From Dehalococcoidia bacterium (GTDB taxonomy: Bacteria > Chloroflexota > Dehalococcoidia > UBA2979), in NCBI GenBank assembly GCA_965219085.1, contig OZ244720.1:640001-704000 (forward strand): a stretch of 64,000 bases of DNA, read 5' to 3'. This document shows positions 49,701-60,000 of the stretch, piece by piece. A program made the translations under genes and the position numbers. Position 1 is the first letter of the stretch; every line of letters starts with the position of its first letter. The notes under the pieces are model-generated. The model was not told the origin of the DNA. It ran no database searches and saw only the letters and a list, made by a program, of their open reading frames with translations.

Positions 49701-50372
49701 GACACGAACGGCCACCAGCTGGCGCTGGAGGGCATCGACGCGATCACGGTCACCGTGACCTCGGCGGACGGCAGCCGCACGCGTGTCTACCGCGTGCGCC
49801 TGGGAGACCCGGACCGGCAGGCGACGCCCGATCCCTGGACGCACTGCTTGCGCGGCGACGTCGCCGAGGGCTTCAGCCTCGTCGTCTATGAGGGTGGCAG
49901 CGTCGAGGAGCTGGTCACCTGCGCGGAGAGTCGCGATGTCGTGGCCCTCTACGCGCTGCACGGCGGCGTCTACGTCTCGTACATCCTTGGAGCGCCGGGG
50001 TTCGTGAACCAACCATTCGCCGAGCTGTTCGCCGATGGTGTCCCCCCGGTCATGCCGCTGGTCGCTGGGAGCAGCGGACCGCCATCAGCGGACCCGAACC
50101 AAGGCGACGGCGCCCTGTTGCCGTGGCCGGAGTGCCTGCGCGGCGAGATCGCCGCGGGCTTCAGCCTCGTCATCTACGAGGGCGGTAGCGTCGATGATCT
50201 CGTGGCCTGCGCGCAGAGCCTGGCCGTCACGGCCCTCTACACGCTCGACGAGGGCGAGTTCGTCTCCTACATCCTCGGAGCGCCCGAGTTCGTGAACCGC
50301 AAGTTCAGGGAGTTGTTCCCGCACGGCGTTCCGCCCCTCACGCCGCTGGTCGCCGCAAGCGACGGGCGGTAG
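43749..50372 (+). CDS. Giant secreted protein G9 (2207 aa): FN3, PPC-like domains, kexin-like S8 peptidase with P-domain, FN3, cadherin repeats, C-terminal module
   Basis: GTG 43749 by homology to the G4 start. Motifs VTVVDDG, THGTRVAG, FSAGNG and GGTSAAAP; paralog of G4 lacking the spondin domain. Confidence 0.92.
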   Translation: MRWPALLAACVLLGVMAAPGLARAQRPPPVAAPTIDSVTRGDESLIVDWTAPASVDAADISAYDLRSIESDAPDKAAGLWTVVLDAWSAGDLRYLLSGLTNDTQYDVQVRAVTMGRLGDWSATATGAPADHSGATAGATALALDSTATGVIESGDDEDFFKIVLTSAADLWLYTTSNLDTKGALYDSGGGHLKTHKGGGGWPGQLWDFEIRAELEAGTYYVSVGVNHSKVTGPYTLHARTATAPGGSLADATAITLGAPAPGRIDAADDRDVFKIVLTSAADLWIVSSGSMDLVGQLLDADGVVIAENDDSSLAYSRYNFGIWREVEAGTYYIRVRALLYGWGIETYTLHARTVTPPGGSIAGAVDIDLLQTAARLNAATDEHYFALTIAATEYIYMHARVSHTLFRPNDPASLAAEVFDQAGNPVDIYWIPHSAFIEDGRSFFSFAIFGKLSAGTNYLKISSPSGKPGPYLLTILDDTAYTSFINECTAKETPVSDPLYGCQWHLRNSGQYPGGAGQDINVEDVWKTNMGAGVNVTVVDDGMHFEHEDLTDNADPSRNRNYSTRASIFNPFETHGTRVAGLIAARDNNIGMRGVAPQATIYGYNLLADSTAANAADAMFRIGEGSTTGDEDTAVSNNSWGPSHLFGPAPASAAWELAVQNGVTSGNHGKGVFYVFSAGNGGTFTSANLNGYANYYAVTAVCAVNYDDLRSSYSELGANLWVCAPSNEVVADLPAIATTDNGDQYTPNFGGTSAAAPIVSGVAALLRSADDSLTWRDLKLILAASARKNNPRNTGWAQGALEYGSDSERYFFNHKYGFGMVDAGAAVALAGDWTKVPALREISAESADKNLEIPDRPSGGAPITVRSRVTVDNHVGFVEFVEINVTFDHASFNDLEVQLVSPSGARSRLTYANGHSRVPVEQTIRFGSARHLGENAAGTWTLHITDHRPTRTGTLDGWSLTVYGHGFSPGRPDIGMVVPGIRALTVDWTAPADTGGSAVTAYDLRYIESAAAERSGDNWSVAESIGTVGNLQYTVTGVTGGVGYDLQLRAVNEDGPGPWSAATTGVPMMNARPWFPGGANIFRSVAKNSRGGAPVGAPVTASDPEGDTLIYTVSGFHADLFAIESRSGQIRVAPDTTVGNEPGTVYIVEATAADPFGLGDPTLVIIAVTDENEAPVVSGLARVDYAEQGTADVAIYSAEDPEHATIAWSLEGTDSDQFRISDNGVLGFVAPPDFESPADAGGNNEYLVRVRVSDGQQSDALDVTVTVTNEEEAGTLTLSSQQPLVGTLLTATLDDPDGDITSLSWTWERSQNRSNWSEIDGATTESYTPADADLDHYLRVTASYDDGEGAGKSAQETSDEPTQAAPVMNEPPAFVAQTTPRSIEENSAEGTPVGDPVTATDPDADTLAYTLSGIDAALFTIEGGSGQIRVGQGAVLDYEDSNSYSVTVTAADPSTASDSIAVDITVRNVNEAPEATGDTVTTDEDTPVTIDVLINDSDPEGDALTVSVSTQPANGVAEVDAASNEITYTPKADYHGADSFSYAVSDGSLSAEATVAVTIDPLNDAPEFAGATAGRSVSESAQEGDDVGAPVTASDVDGDELTYRLTGAAASDFEIEEHTAQVTVRDGVVLDAANRPAYAGTVIAEDGNGGTASIEVTITVSSAGPTGPGPGGGGGGGGGGGGGPSGPSPSELDFEWNVKRDLEALDGGHDTPTGAWSDGTTLWVLENGDGAGDAIYAYDLNTGERLEEREFELDERNRAPRGVWSGGTVIWVSDSGQDRLFGHDLETGERLPERDLEFDEDNGAARGIWSDGERMWVLDRDEDSVFVYDLGSGELVAEYALDDANGSPHGIWSDGVTIWVSDHGAKRLFAYRLEDGALVRNSEEEFTELSKASNNSPRGIWSDGEVIYVADESDDKVYSYNMPDAIDARLASLSLSGIEIGEFSGDRTEYDGVAAEGVTETTVEAEALQRRTTVLIEPADAGGDDTNGHQLALEGIDAITVTVTSADGSRTRVYRVRLGDPDRQATPDPWTHCLRGDVAEGFSLVVYEGGSVEELVTCAESRDVVALYALHGGVYVSYILGAPGFVNQPFAELFADGVPPVMPLVAGSSGPPSADPNQGDGALLPWPECLRGEIAAGFSLVIYEGGSVDDLVACAQSLAVTALYTLDEGEFVSYILGAPEFVNRKFRELFPHGVPPLTPLVAASDGR
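48813..50372 (+). repeat. Conserved C-terminal module copy 5 (chimeric: G2-type body, G1-type end)
   Basis: Ends FPHGVPPLTPLVAASDGR* like G1 and is followed by G1-type intergenic DNA. Confidence 0.95.
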
Positions 50373-50740
50373 GCCCCCTCGGAGCGCGACACCGCTGCCA
50401 CTGAGCGCGGCCGAGTTCGCTCCGCCTTCCGCGCAGAACGCTCTTGCCCGGCAAGCGGCGTGACGGCTGCACTCCGCAGCGCGCCACCGCGTCGCTGGTT
50501 CTCAGGCAGTCGCTCATTGCCTGAGAAGAGGCCACACGGCCCTCAATCCATGACATTCACGATATGTTCATAGAGCAGAGTCGTAAGTTCACGCCCCGTG
50601 CACTGACACCGAGCCAACGAACAGGAAGAATTGCCCCGTTGAACCCGGGAGAGCGCAACACGCTCGCGCGAGGGGGGCACTGGTGCGTCCGATGGTCGCG
50701 AAGTCGAACGGGAACGCGCGGCAGGCAAGCGCAACGGCGC
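50373..50740 (+). repeat. Intergenic unit (hairpin, promoter, leader) homologous to 6162-6530 and in part 25866-26290
   Basis: Direct alignment by eye. Hairpin at 50499-50527; boxes at 50555, 50566, 50587 and 50598; CTGACA(50603)-N17-AAGAAT(50626). Confidence 0.9.
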
Positions 50741-50793
50741 TGCTGACCGCGTCCGGCGCTGCCTGCGCGCATCGCGCTACTAGAACAAACGTA

Positions 50794-50815
50794 CCCCCCC
50801 CCCCCCCCCCCCCCC
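50794..50815 (+). repeat. Poly-C tract (C22) in the G10 leader
   Basis: Direct read. Confidence 0.9.
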
Positions 50816-51065
50816 ATTTTTCCGTCGGCGGCCCGTAGCCGGGCCTCGCTCGTTCGCTTCAACCGCCTCCGCCGCAGCGCCGCACGCCCGGAGCACACGC
50901 CCGTCCGCCGTCTCTCATCCGAACCGTCGCCGCCCCCGGCGCTCCAGTAGGGGCGCGCCCGTGCGTACCACGCCTCGTCTGCCGGCGTAGGCGCACGCCG
51001 CCGCCCCCGTTGGACGGAGGCTTGACGACGGGGGCCATGCGCAACACGCACCAGGAGGAGCAACG

Positions 51066-54000
51066 ATGGCCCACACAGCCAGACCCAGGCTCGCCATCCT
51101 CTTCGCCGCCCTGGCCGCGCTGCTCGCACTGTCCCTCTCCGGCGCGCCGGCCCAGGCCCAGGACGGCTCCGTTCCCGGGAAGCCCACGGGACTCTCCAGC
51201 GAGGCGTCCCACGACTCGGTCAGCCTGACCTGGGACGATCCCGGCGACGGCAGCATCACCCACTACCAGGTCTTCCGGCGCGACCGCGACGTCCACGCCG
51301 CCGGCGAGTTCGTCACCGTCACGGAGCACACGGGCTCGGCGGCAACGAGCTACACCGACGACACCGTGGAACCCGAGCGGCGCTACGTGTACCGGGTCAA
51401 GGCCGTCAACGCCCACGGCGCGAGCACGTGGTCGGGTCACCGCAGGGCCAGCACCCCGGCGGCCACTCCCACCCCGACGCCGGCACCTGAGCCGGAGCCG
51501 ACTCCGGACCCCGCAGACCTGGACCCCGCCGACCTGGCCCCCAGCGGCCTCGAGGCCAGCCTGGCGGAGAACCGGGTCACCCTCACCTGGACCGCCCCCG
51601 CCGAGGACGCCGCTTCCGTGACCGGGTACGAGGTCCTGCGCGCCCAGGGCAGCGCCGCGCTGACCACCCTGGCGGCCGACACCGGCAACACCGACACCAC
51701 CTACACCGACTCTGGCGTGACCGGAGACCTGGACGGCTACCGCTACCAAGTCAAGGCGCTGCGCGGCGGGGACGCCAGCCAGGGCTCCAACGTGGCCGGC
51801 GTCATCCCGTCCGCCCACGCCGGTGCCATCGTTCCGCTCGCCGACGTCACCCTGATCAGCAATCTAGTGCTGAACGACGGCACGAACGACCTGACCCTCA
51901 CGCCGACCTTCGCCACGGACACGACGAGCTACGCGGCCTCGGTCGGCGGCGCCGTCTCGCAGATCACGGTGACGCCGACGAAGAGCGACACGGACGCCTC
52001 GGTGGAGTATCTCGACGCGAAGGACGCGGCGATCGCCGACGCCGACGGGACGGCCACCGGCCAGCAGGTGGATCTCGCGGTGGGCACGACCACGATCAAG
52101 GTCGAGGTCACCGCCGGGGACGCGATGACGACCGAGACCTACACGGTCGTCGTGACCCGCGCGGCGACGAGGCCCGCTCCTCCATCGGGGAAGGCGTGGG
52201 TCGAAGTCTGGAGCGATGACTTCGACGGTGACGTTCTGGACGCCACGAAGTGGCTTCCACGACGCGAGTCGCAGAATCTGAAAACCAGGACACACCATGG
52301 AAACACGATCTACTACCGTCGGGAAACAGACAACATAAGTGTCGCAGACGGCAAACTGGTCTTGAAGAACACTCAGAGGCGTCTCAGCGACACATCGAGT
52401 GAAGTGTTGACCGCGTCGATCTACACCCAGGACACCTACCGAAGAAAGTACGGGTACTTCGAGGCCAGTCTGAGGATCGCTCCGACCGCGGATGGCATCC
52501 ATACGGGATTCTGGATGCAGAGCCTGCTTTCGGGTTCCCATTCCGAGAATGGCGGTGTCGAGGGAGCTGCCGACGGTGGGGAAATCGACATCCTGGAGTC
52601 CGCGCTTATCAGGGACAGATTCTATCATGCATTGCATTGGGATAATGGCGGGTCAAGAAGTCGCACAAGTGCGTCCAGGCGGGTCGATGTTACCTTGCAT
52701 GACGGCGAGTACCACGTCTACGCGGTGGAGTGGAGTGCGGGTCGGTACAGGTTCTATGTTGACGGAAAGTTGACCTGGACGTATACGGGGGAAGGCGTAT
52801 CCGACGGAGACGAGTACATCATATTGGCGACAAATGTGAGCTGGGCCGGCGGCAATGCGCACACGGGTGATTTCCCGGTCGAGGCTCTGGTCGATTGGGT
52901 CAGGGTATACGAGTTGCAGGACAGCACGTCCGTCGATGCGCAAGCGGCGGAGCCCGGCTTCGGGACCCTCGGGGGGAGTGTTGCGCCGTCTGTCGCCCCC
53001 CCGCGGCTTTCGGCGCCGCCGCCTGTCGTTCCCGGTACCGGGAACGCCTTGAGCCGTGGGTCCCGCCCGGCCATCTCGTCAGTGGAGTTCGCCTACGATC
53101 CTGACTACGCCAGCTACGATCCTCACTACGCCGGCCCGGACGACGACACTTATCCGCTGGCCTGGACGGTGAGCGTCGAGGTGAACTTCGATCAGGACAT
53201 CGATGTCCAGGATCTGGAGGACGGAGGCCCGCGCCTGGAACTGGACATCGGCGGCGTGCCGAAACAGGCCCTCTACTACAGCAAATCGTCCCGCGCGATT
53301 GTCTTCTTCTACAGAATCCAGGACGGCGACGAAGACATGGACGGCATTTCGATCGGCGCGGACAAGCTGGCTCTCAACGGCGCCAGCATCGTCGGGACAA
53401 CAGGCACGGACGCCGTCTTGGACCACGCCGCCGTGCCCGACGATGCCGGCCACAAGGTGGACGGCGTGCGGCCGGTCCTCCAAGCCGCCGAGACATCGAC
53501 GGACGGCGCGGCGATCGTCCTCACCTACGATGAGGCTCTTCAACCCACCATGAACCTGTCCAAGGAGCAGCAGCGCACGACGGCTACTCCGTATGACTAC
53601 ACGGTCAGTGTCGACGGCGTTCCCCGCGGGGTCAGCGACGTTTCAGCGAGTGGTAGCACCGTGACGCTGGAGCTCGAATCCGCGGTGACGGCCGGCCAGA
53701 CGGTCGCCGTGAGCTACCGCGAACCGAGCGTTCACGACGATACGAGGGCGGTGCAGAACCTGCGCGGCACCGACGCGGCGAGCTTCACGAACCGTACGGT
53801 GACCGTCGCCGACGACGACCCGCAGGTGACCGTCGGCTTCGAGCACTCGGCCTACAGCGTTGCCGAGGGCGCCAGCGTCGCGGTCAGCGTGGTGCTGAGC
53901 GCGGACCCCGAGCGCACCGTCACCATCCCGCTGACCAGCACCAACCAGGGCGGCGCGTCGGCTGCGGACTTCTCCGGAGTGCCCGCGAGTCTGGAGTTCT

Positions 54001-57000
54001 CGACAACGGCCATGTCGCGGACGTTTGCCTTCGCGGCTGCTGATGACGACGTCGATGACGACGGTGAGGGCGTCACGGTGGGCTTCGGGACGCTGCCTGC
54101 CGGGGTGAACGCGGGTACGCCCGCGACGGCTGCTGTGTCGATCATTGACGGTGATGTGCCGACGGTGTCGGTGAGCTTCGGGTCTGGTCCGTACTCGGTG
54201 GACGAGGGCGAAACGGTGACGGTGACGGTGTCGCTGGACGAGGATCCTGAGCGCACGGTGGTGATCCCGCTGACCACGACGCTGGCGGGCGGCGCGTCGG
54301 CTGCGGACTTCTCCGTGCCGGCGAACGTGACGTTCGCGGCGGGCGAGACGTCCAAGACGTTCGAGTTCGATGCTGCTGACGACGACGTCGATGACGACGG
54401 TGAGGGCGTCACGGTGGGCTTCGGGACGCTGCCCGCCGGGGTGAACGCGGGCACGCCCGCGATGGTTGCTTTCGAGATCGGCGACGATGACGTGCCGACG
54501 GTGTCGGTGAGCTTCGTGGCGTCGACGTACAGCGTCGCCGAGGGCGGCTCGGTGACGGTGACGGTGTCGTTGAGCGCTGATCCTGAACGCACCGTGGTGA
54601 TCCCGCTGACCACGACGCTGGGGGGCGGCGCGTCGGCTGCGGACTTCTCCGTGCCGGCGAACGTGACCTTCGACGCAGGCGACACGTCCCAGGCGTTCAC
54701 CTTCGCGGCTGCTGACGACGGGGAGGATGATGACGGTGAGGGCGTCACGGTGGGCTTCGGGACGCTGCCTGCCGGGGTGAACGCGGGTACGCCCGCGACG
54801 GCTGCTGTGTCGATCATTGACGGTGATGTGCCGATTGTGTCGGTGAGTTTCGGGTCTGGTTCGTACTCGGTGGACGAGGGCGGCTCGGTGACGGTGACGG
54901 TGTCGTTGAGCGCTGATCCTGAACGCACCGTGGTGATCCCGCTGACCACGACGCTGGGGGGCGGCGCGTCGGCTGCGGACTTCTCCGTGCCGGCGAACGT
55001 GACCTTCGACGCAGGCGACACGTCCCAGGCGTTCACCTTCGCGGCTGCTGACGACGGGGAGGATGATGACGGTGAGGGCGTCACGGTGGGCTTCGGGACG
55101 CTGCCTGCCGGGGTGAACGCGGGTACGCCCGCGACGGCTGCTGTGTCGATCATTGACGATGATGTGCCGATTGTGTCGGTGAGTTTCGGGTCTGGTTCGT
55201 ACTCGGTGGACGAGGGCGGCTCGGTGACGGTGACGGTGTCGTTGAGCGCTGATCCTGAACGCACCGTGGTGATCCCGCTGACCACGACGCTGGGGGGCGG
55301 CGCGTCGGCTGCGGACTTCTCCGTGCCGGCGAACGTGACGTTCGCGGCGGGCGAGACGTCCAAGACGTTCGAGTTCGATGCTGCTGACGACGGGGAGGAT
55401 GATGACGGTGAGGGCGTCACGGTGGGCTTCGGGACGCTGCCCGCCGGGGTGAACGCGGGTGCGCCCGCGATGGTTGCTTTCGAGATCGGCGACGATGACG
55501 TGCCGATTGTGTCCAACAGATCCCCGGCCTTCAGCGAGGGATCCTCGACGACGCGGGACGTGCCCGAGAACAGCAGCGCGGGTACCGCCCTCGGCACGGC
55601 GGTCGCCGCCTCGGACGCAGAGGGCGACACGCTGACCTACGCCCTCGGTGGGACGGACGCCGCCTCGTTCGACTTCAGCACGGCCACCGGGCAGATCTCG
55701 ACCGGGTCGGGCGTGACCTACGACCACGAGGCAAAGGCGACCTACACGGTCACGGTGACGGTGGACGACGGCAACGGCGGCGCCGCCGGCATCGACGTGA
55801 CCATCAACGTCACGGACGAGCCCGAGCCGCCGAACGCACCCGCCGCGCCAACGGTGTCAAGGACGGCGGACGCGAACGACAGCCTCGACGTGAGCTGGAC
55901 CGCGCCCGCCAACGACGGCAGGCCGGCCCTCAAGCACTACGACATCCAGTATCGGGAAGGCGGCGGCGCCTGGGAAACCGGGCCCCAGACCCAGACCGGC
56001 ACGACCGCGAAGATCACCTCCCTGAACGCGGGAACCTCGTACGAGGTGCAGGTGCGCGCCGCCAACGACGAAGGTAATGGCGCCTGGTCCCCGGCGGGAA
56101 CGGGTTCGACCAACGCCGCGCCGGTCTTCGACGACGGCGAGGAGACGACGCGTGAGGTGGCGGAGAACACGGCCTCGGGCGCGGACATCGGCGCGGCCGT
56201 CGCGGCCACGGACGCGGACAACGACACGCTCAGCTACTCGCTCGGCGGGACGGACGCAGCCTCGTTCGCCATCGTCTCGACCAGCGGCCAGATCCAAACG
56301 AAGGCGGCCCTCGACTACGAGGAGGACGACGAGTACTCGGTGACGGTCACGGTCACGGATGGCAGTGGCGGCGAAGCCAGCATCGACGTGACCATCGACG
56401 TCACGGACGAGGACGAGCCGCCGTCGAAGCCCGAGGCGCCGACGGTGACGGGAGCGGGCCCGAGCAGCGTCACGGCGACCTGGCTGGCGCCGGCCAACGC
56501 GGGCAAGCCGGACATCAGCGACTACGACGTGCAGTACCGGCAGCAGGGCGGCACCGCCTGGACCGACTGGACCCACACCAGCACGGACACCTCGGCGACG
56601 ATCACCGGCCTCAGCGCGAACACCTCCTACGAGGTGCAGGTGCGGGCCACCAACGACGAGGGCACGAGTAACTGGTCCGACTCGGACAGCGGGGCGACCT
56701 CGACCAAGCCGGTGGTGACCCTGTCGCTGTCGTCCCACTCGATCGTGGAAGGCGGAGTCACCACGGTGACGGGAACGGTCTCGCCCGCATCCGCGACGCC
56801 GTTCACGGTGACGGTCTCGGTGACGCCCGTGGCCCCGGCGGTGGCGGCCGACTTCACGCCGAGCGCGAACGCCAACCTGACCTTCGCCGCGAACGCGACC
56901 GCGAGCACCGGCGGCGTAACGATCACGGCGACGGCGAACACGGTACACACGGAGGACAAGACGCTGACGGTGTCGGGCGCGACCACGGCGGCGGCGGTGA

Positions 57001-60000
57001 CGGCGCCGGCCAACGTCACGCTGACGGTCGCAGACGACGACGCCCCGTCGTGGACCGTGGAGGTGGGCTCCGCCTCGATCGCAGAGGACGCGGGCTCCAC
57101 GACGCTGACCGTGAGCACGGGCGGCGTGAGCTTCGCCGACGACCAGACGATCACGCTCGATCTCGGGGGCACGGCCACGGTGACGGACGACTACACGGTC
57201 AGTCCCGCGACGCTCACGCTGAAGGCGGGCAACAGCTCGGCCATGACGACCATCACCGCGGTCGACGACGCACTGGACGACGAGGCCGAGACGATCGTGA
57301 TCGCGGCCATGCACGGCGGCGCCCAGGTGGGCGCCTCGCGGACCATCACGATCACCGACGACGATGCCGCCAACAGGGCGCCCACCTTCGCCGAAGGCGC
57401 CTCGACGACGCGCGACGTGGCGGAGAACACGGCGTCGGGCCAGAACGTGGGCGCTGCGGTCGCCGCGACGGACCCGGACAGCGACGCACTGACCTACACC
57501 CTCGGCGGCACGGACGCGGTGTCGTTCGACATCGATTCGGCGAGCGGCCAGCTCCAGACCGCGACCGGGACGGTCCTCGACTACGAGGCCAGGACGAGCT
57601 ACTCGGTGACGGTCACGGTCACGGACAGCAAGGGCGGCAGCGCCGCCATCGATGTGACCATCAACGTCACGGACGAGGACGAGCCGCCGTCCGCGCCCAC
57701 GGAGCTGAGCGGGCTAGTGCTGAACGACGGCGCGAACGACCTGACCCTCACGCCGACCTTCGCCACGGACACGACGAGCTACGCGGCCTCGGTCGGCGGC
57801 GCCGTCTCGCAGATCACGGTGACGCCGACGAAGAGCGACACGGACGCCTCGGTGGAGTATCTCGACGCGAGAGACGCGGCGATTACCGACGCCGACGGGA
57901 CGGCCACCGGCCAGCAGGTGGATCTCGCGGTGGGCACGACCACGATCAAGGTCAAGGTCACCGCCGGGGACGCGATGACGACCGAGACCTACACGGTCGT
58001 CGTGACCCGCGCGGCGACGAGGCCCGCTCCTCCATCCGGGAAGGCGTGGGTCGAAGTCTGGAGCGATGACTTCGACGGTGACGTTCTGGACGCCACGAAG
58101 TGGCGTCCACAACGCGAGTCGCAGGATCTGAGTACCAGGACACACCATGGAAACACGATCTACTACCGTGGGGAAACAGACAACGTAGGTGTCGCAGACG
58201 GCAAACTGGTCTTGAAGAACACTCAGAGGCGTCTCAGCGCCACATCGAGTGAAGTGTTGACCGCGCGGATCTCGACCATGGACATCTACCACAGAAAGTA
58301 CGGGTACTTCGAGGCCAGTGTGAGGATCGCTCCGACCGCGGATGGCATCGATACGGTATTCTGGATGCAGGGCCCGCTTACGCACCGCCATTCCGAGAAT
58401 GGCGGTGTCGAGGGAGCTGCCGACGGTGGGGAAATCGACATCCTGGAGTCCTCGTTTATCAGGGACGGATTCTATCATGCATTGCATTGGGATTATGGCG
58501 GGTCAAGAAGGCGCAAAAGTGCGTCCGAGTGGGTCGATGTTACCTTGCATGATGGCGAGTACCACGTCTACGCGGTGGAGTGGAGTGCGGATCGGTACAG
58601 GTTCTATATTGACGGAAAGTTAACCTGGACCTATACGGGGGAAGGCGTATCCGGCGGAGACGAGTACATCGTATTGTCGACAGGTGTGAGCTGGGCCGGC
58701 GGCAATGCGCACACGGGTGATTTCCCGGTCGAGGCTCTGTTCGATTGGGTCAGGGTATATGAGTTGCAGGACAGCACGTCCGTCGATGCGCAAGCGGCGG
58801 AGCTCGGCTTTGGGACCCTCGGGGGGAGTGTTGCGCCGTCTGTCGCCCCCCCGCTTTCGGCGCCGGCGCCTGTCGCCCCCCCGCTTTCGGCGCCGCCGCC
58901 TGTCGCCCCCTCCCGGCTTTCGGCGCCGCCGCCTGTCGTTCCCGGTACCGGGAACGCCTTGACCCATGAGTCCCCCCCGGCCATCTCGTCGGTGGAGTTC
59001 GCTTACGATCCTGACTACGACGGCGATCCTGACTTCGACGGCCCGGACGACGACACTTATCCGCTGGCCTGGACGGTGAGCGTCGAGGTGAAGTTCGATC
59101 GGGACATCCATGTCCAGGATCTGGAGAACGGAGGCCCGCGCCTGGAACTGGACATCGGCGGCGTGCCCAAACAGGCCCTCTATTACAGCAAATCGTCCCG
59201 CGCGATTGTCTTCTTCTACAGAATCCAGGACGGCGACGAAGACATGGACGGCATTTCGATCGGCGCGGACAAGCTGGATCTCAACGGCGCCAGCATCGTC
59301 GGGACAACAGGCACGGACGCCGTCTTGGGCCACGCCGCCGTGCCCGACGATGCCGGCCACAAGGTGGACGGCGTGCGGCCGGTCCTCCAAGCCGCCGAGA
59401 TATCGACGGACGGCGCGACGATCGTCCTCACCTACGACGAGGCTCTTCAGACCACCATCAACAACCCGTCTAACCCCAAGAAGCGGCGCACGACGGCTAC
59501 TCCGTATCGCTACACGGTCAGCGTCGACGGCGTTCCCCGCGGGGTCAGCGACGTTTCAGCGAGTGGCAGCACCGTGACGCTGGAGCTCGAATCCGCGGTG
59601 ACGGCCGGCCAGACGGTCGCCGTGAGCTACCGCGAACCGAGCGTTCACGACGATAGGAAGGCGGTGCAGAACCTGCGCGGCACCGACGCGGCGAGCTTCA
59701 CGAACCGTACGGTGACCGTCGCCGGCGACGACACGGCGGGGGTGGTGGTGGTCCCGACGGTGGTGTCGGTGGCCGAGGGCGGCGCGGCGGGCAGCTACAC
59801 GGTGGTGCTGGCCACGCAGCCGCCGGGGACGGTGACGGTGACGGTGGGCGGCGCCGGCGACGACGTCGCCGCGGAGCCCGCCGCGCTGACGTTCACGGCC
59901 TCGACGTGGGACACCGCGCAGACGGTGACGGTGACCGCGGTCGACGACAGCGTCGCCGAGGGCGAGGAGACGGCGACGCTGACCCACGCGGTGAGCGGCT

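Noticed and set aside
52190-58770. GH16 pair as a diversity-generating retroelement TR/VR
   Set aside because: Differences are not adenine-specific (e.g. CTT/CGT, CGG/GGG, GTC/TTC), both copies are coding, and no reverse transcriptase is present in the window.
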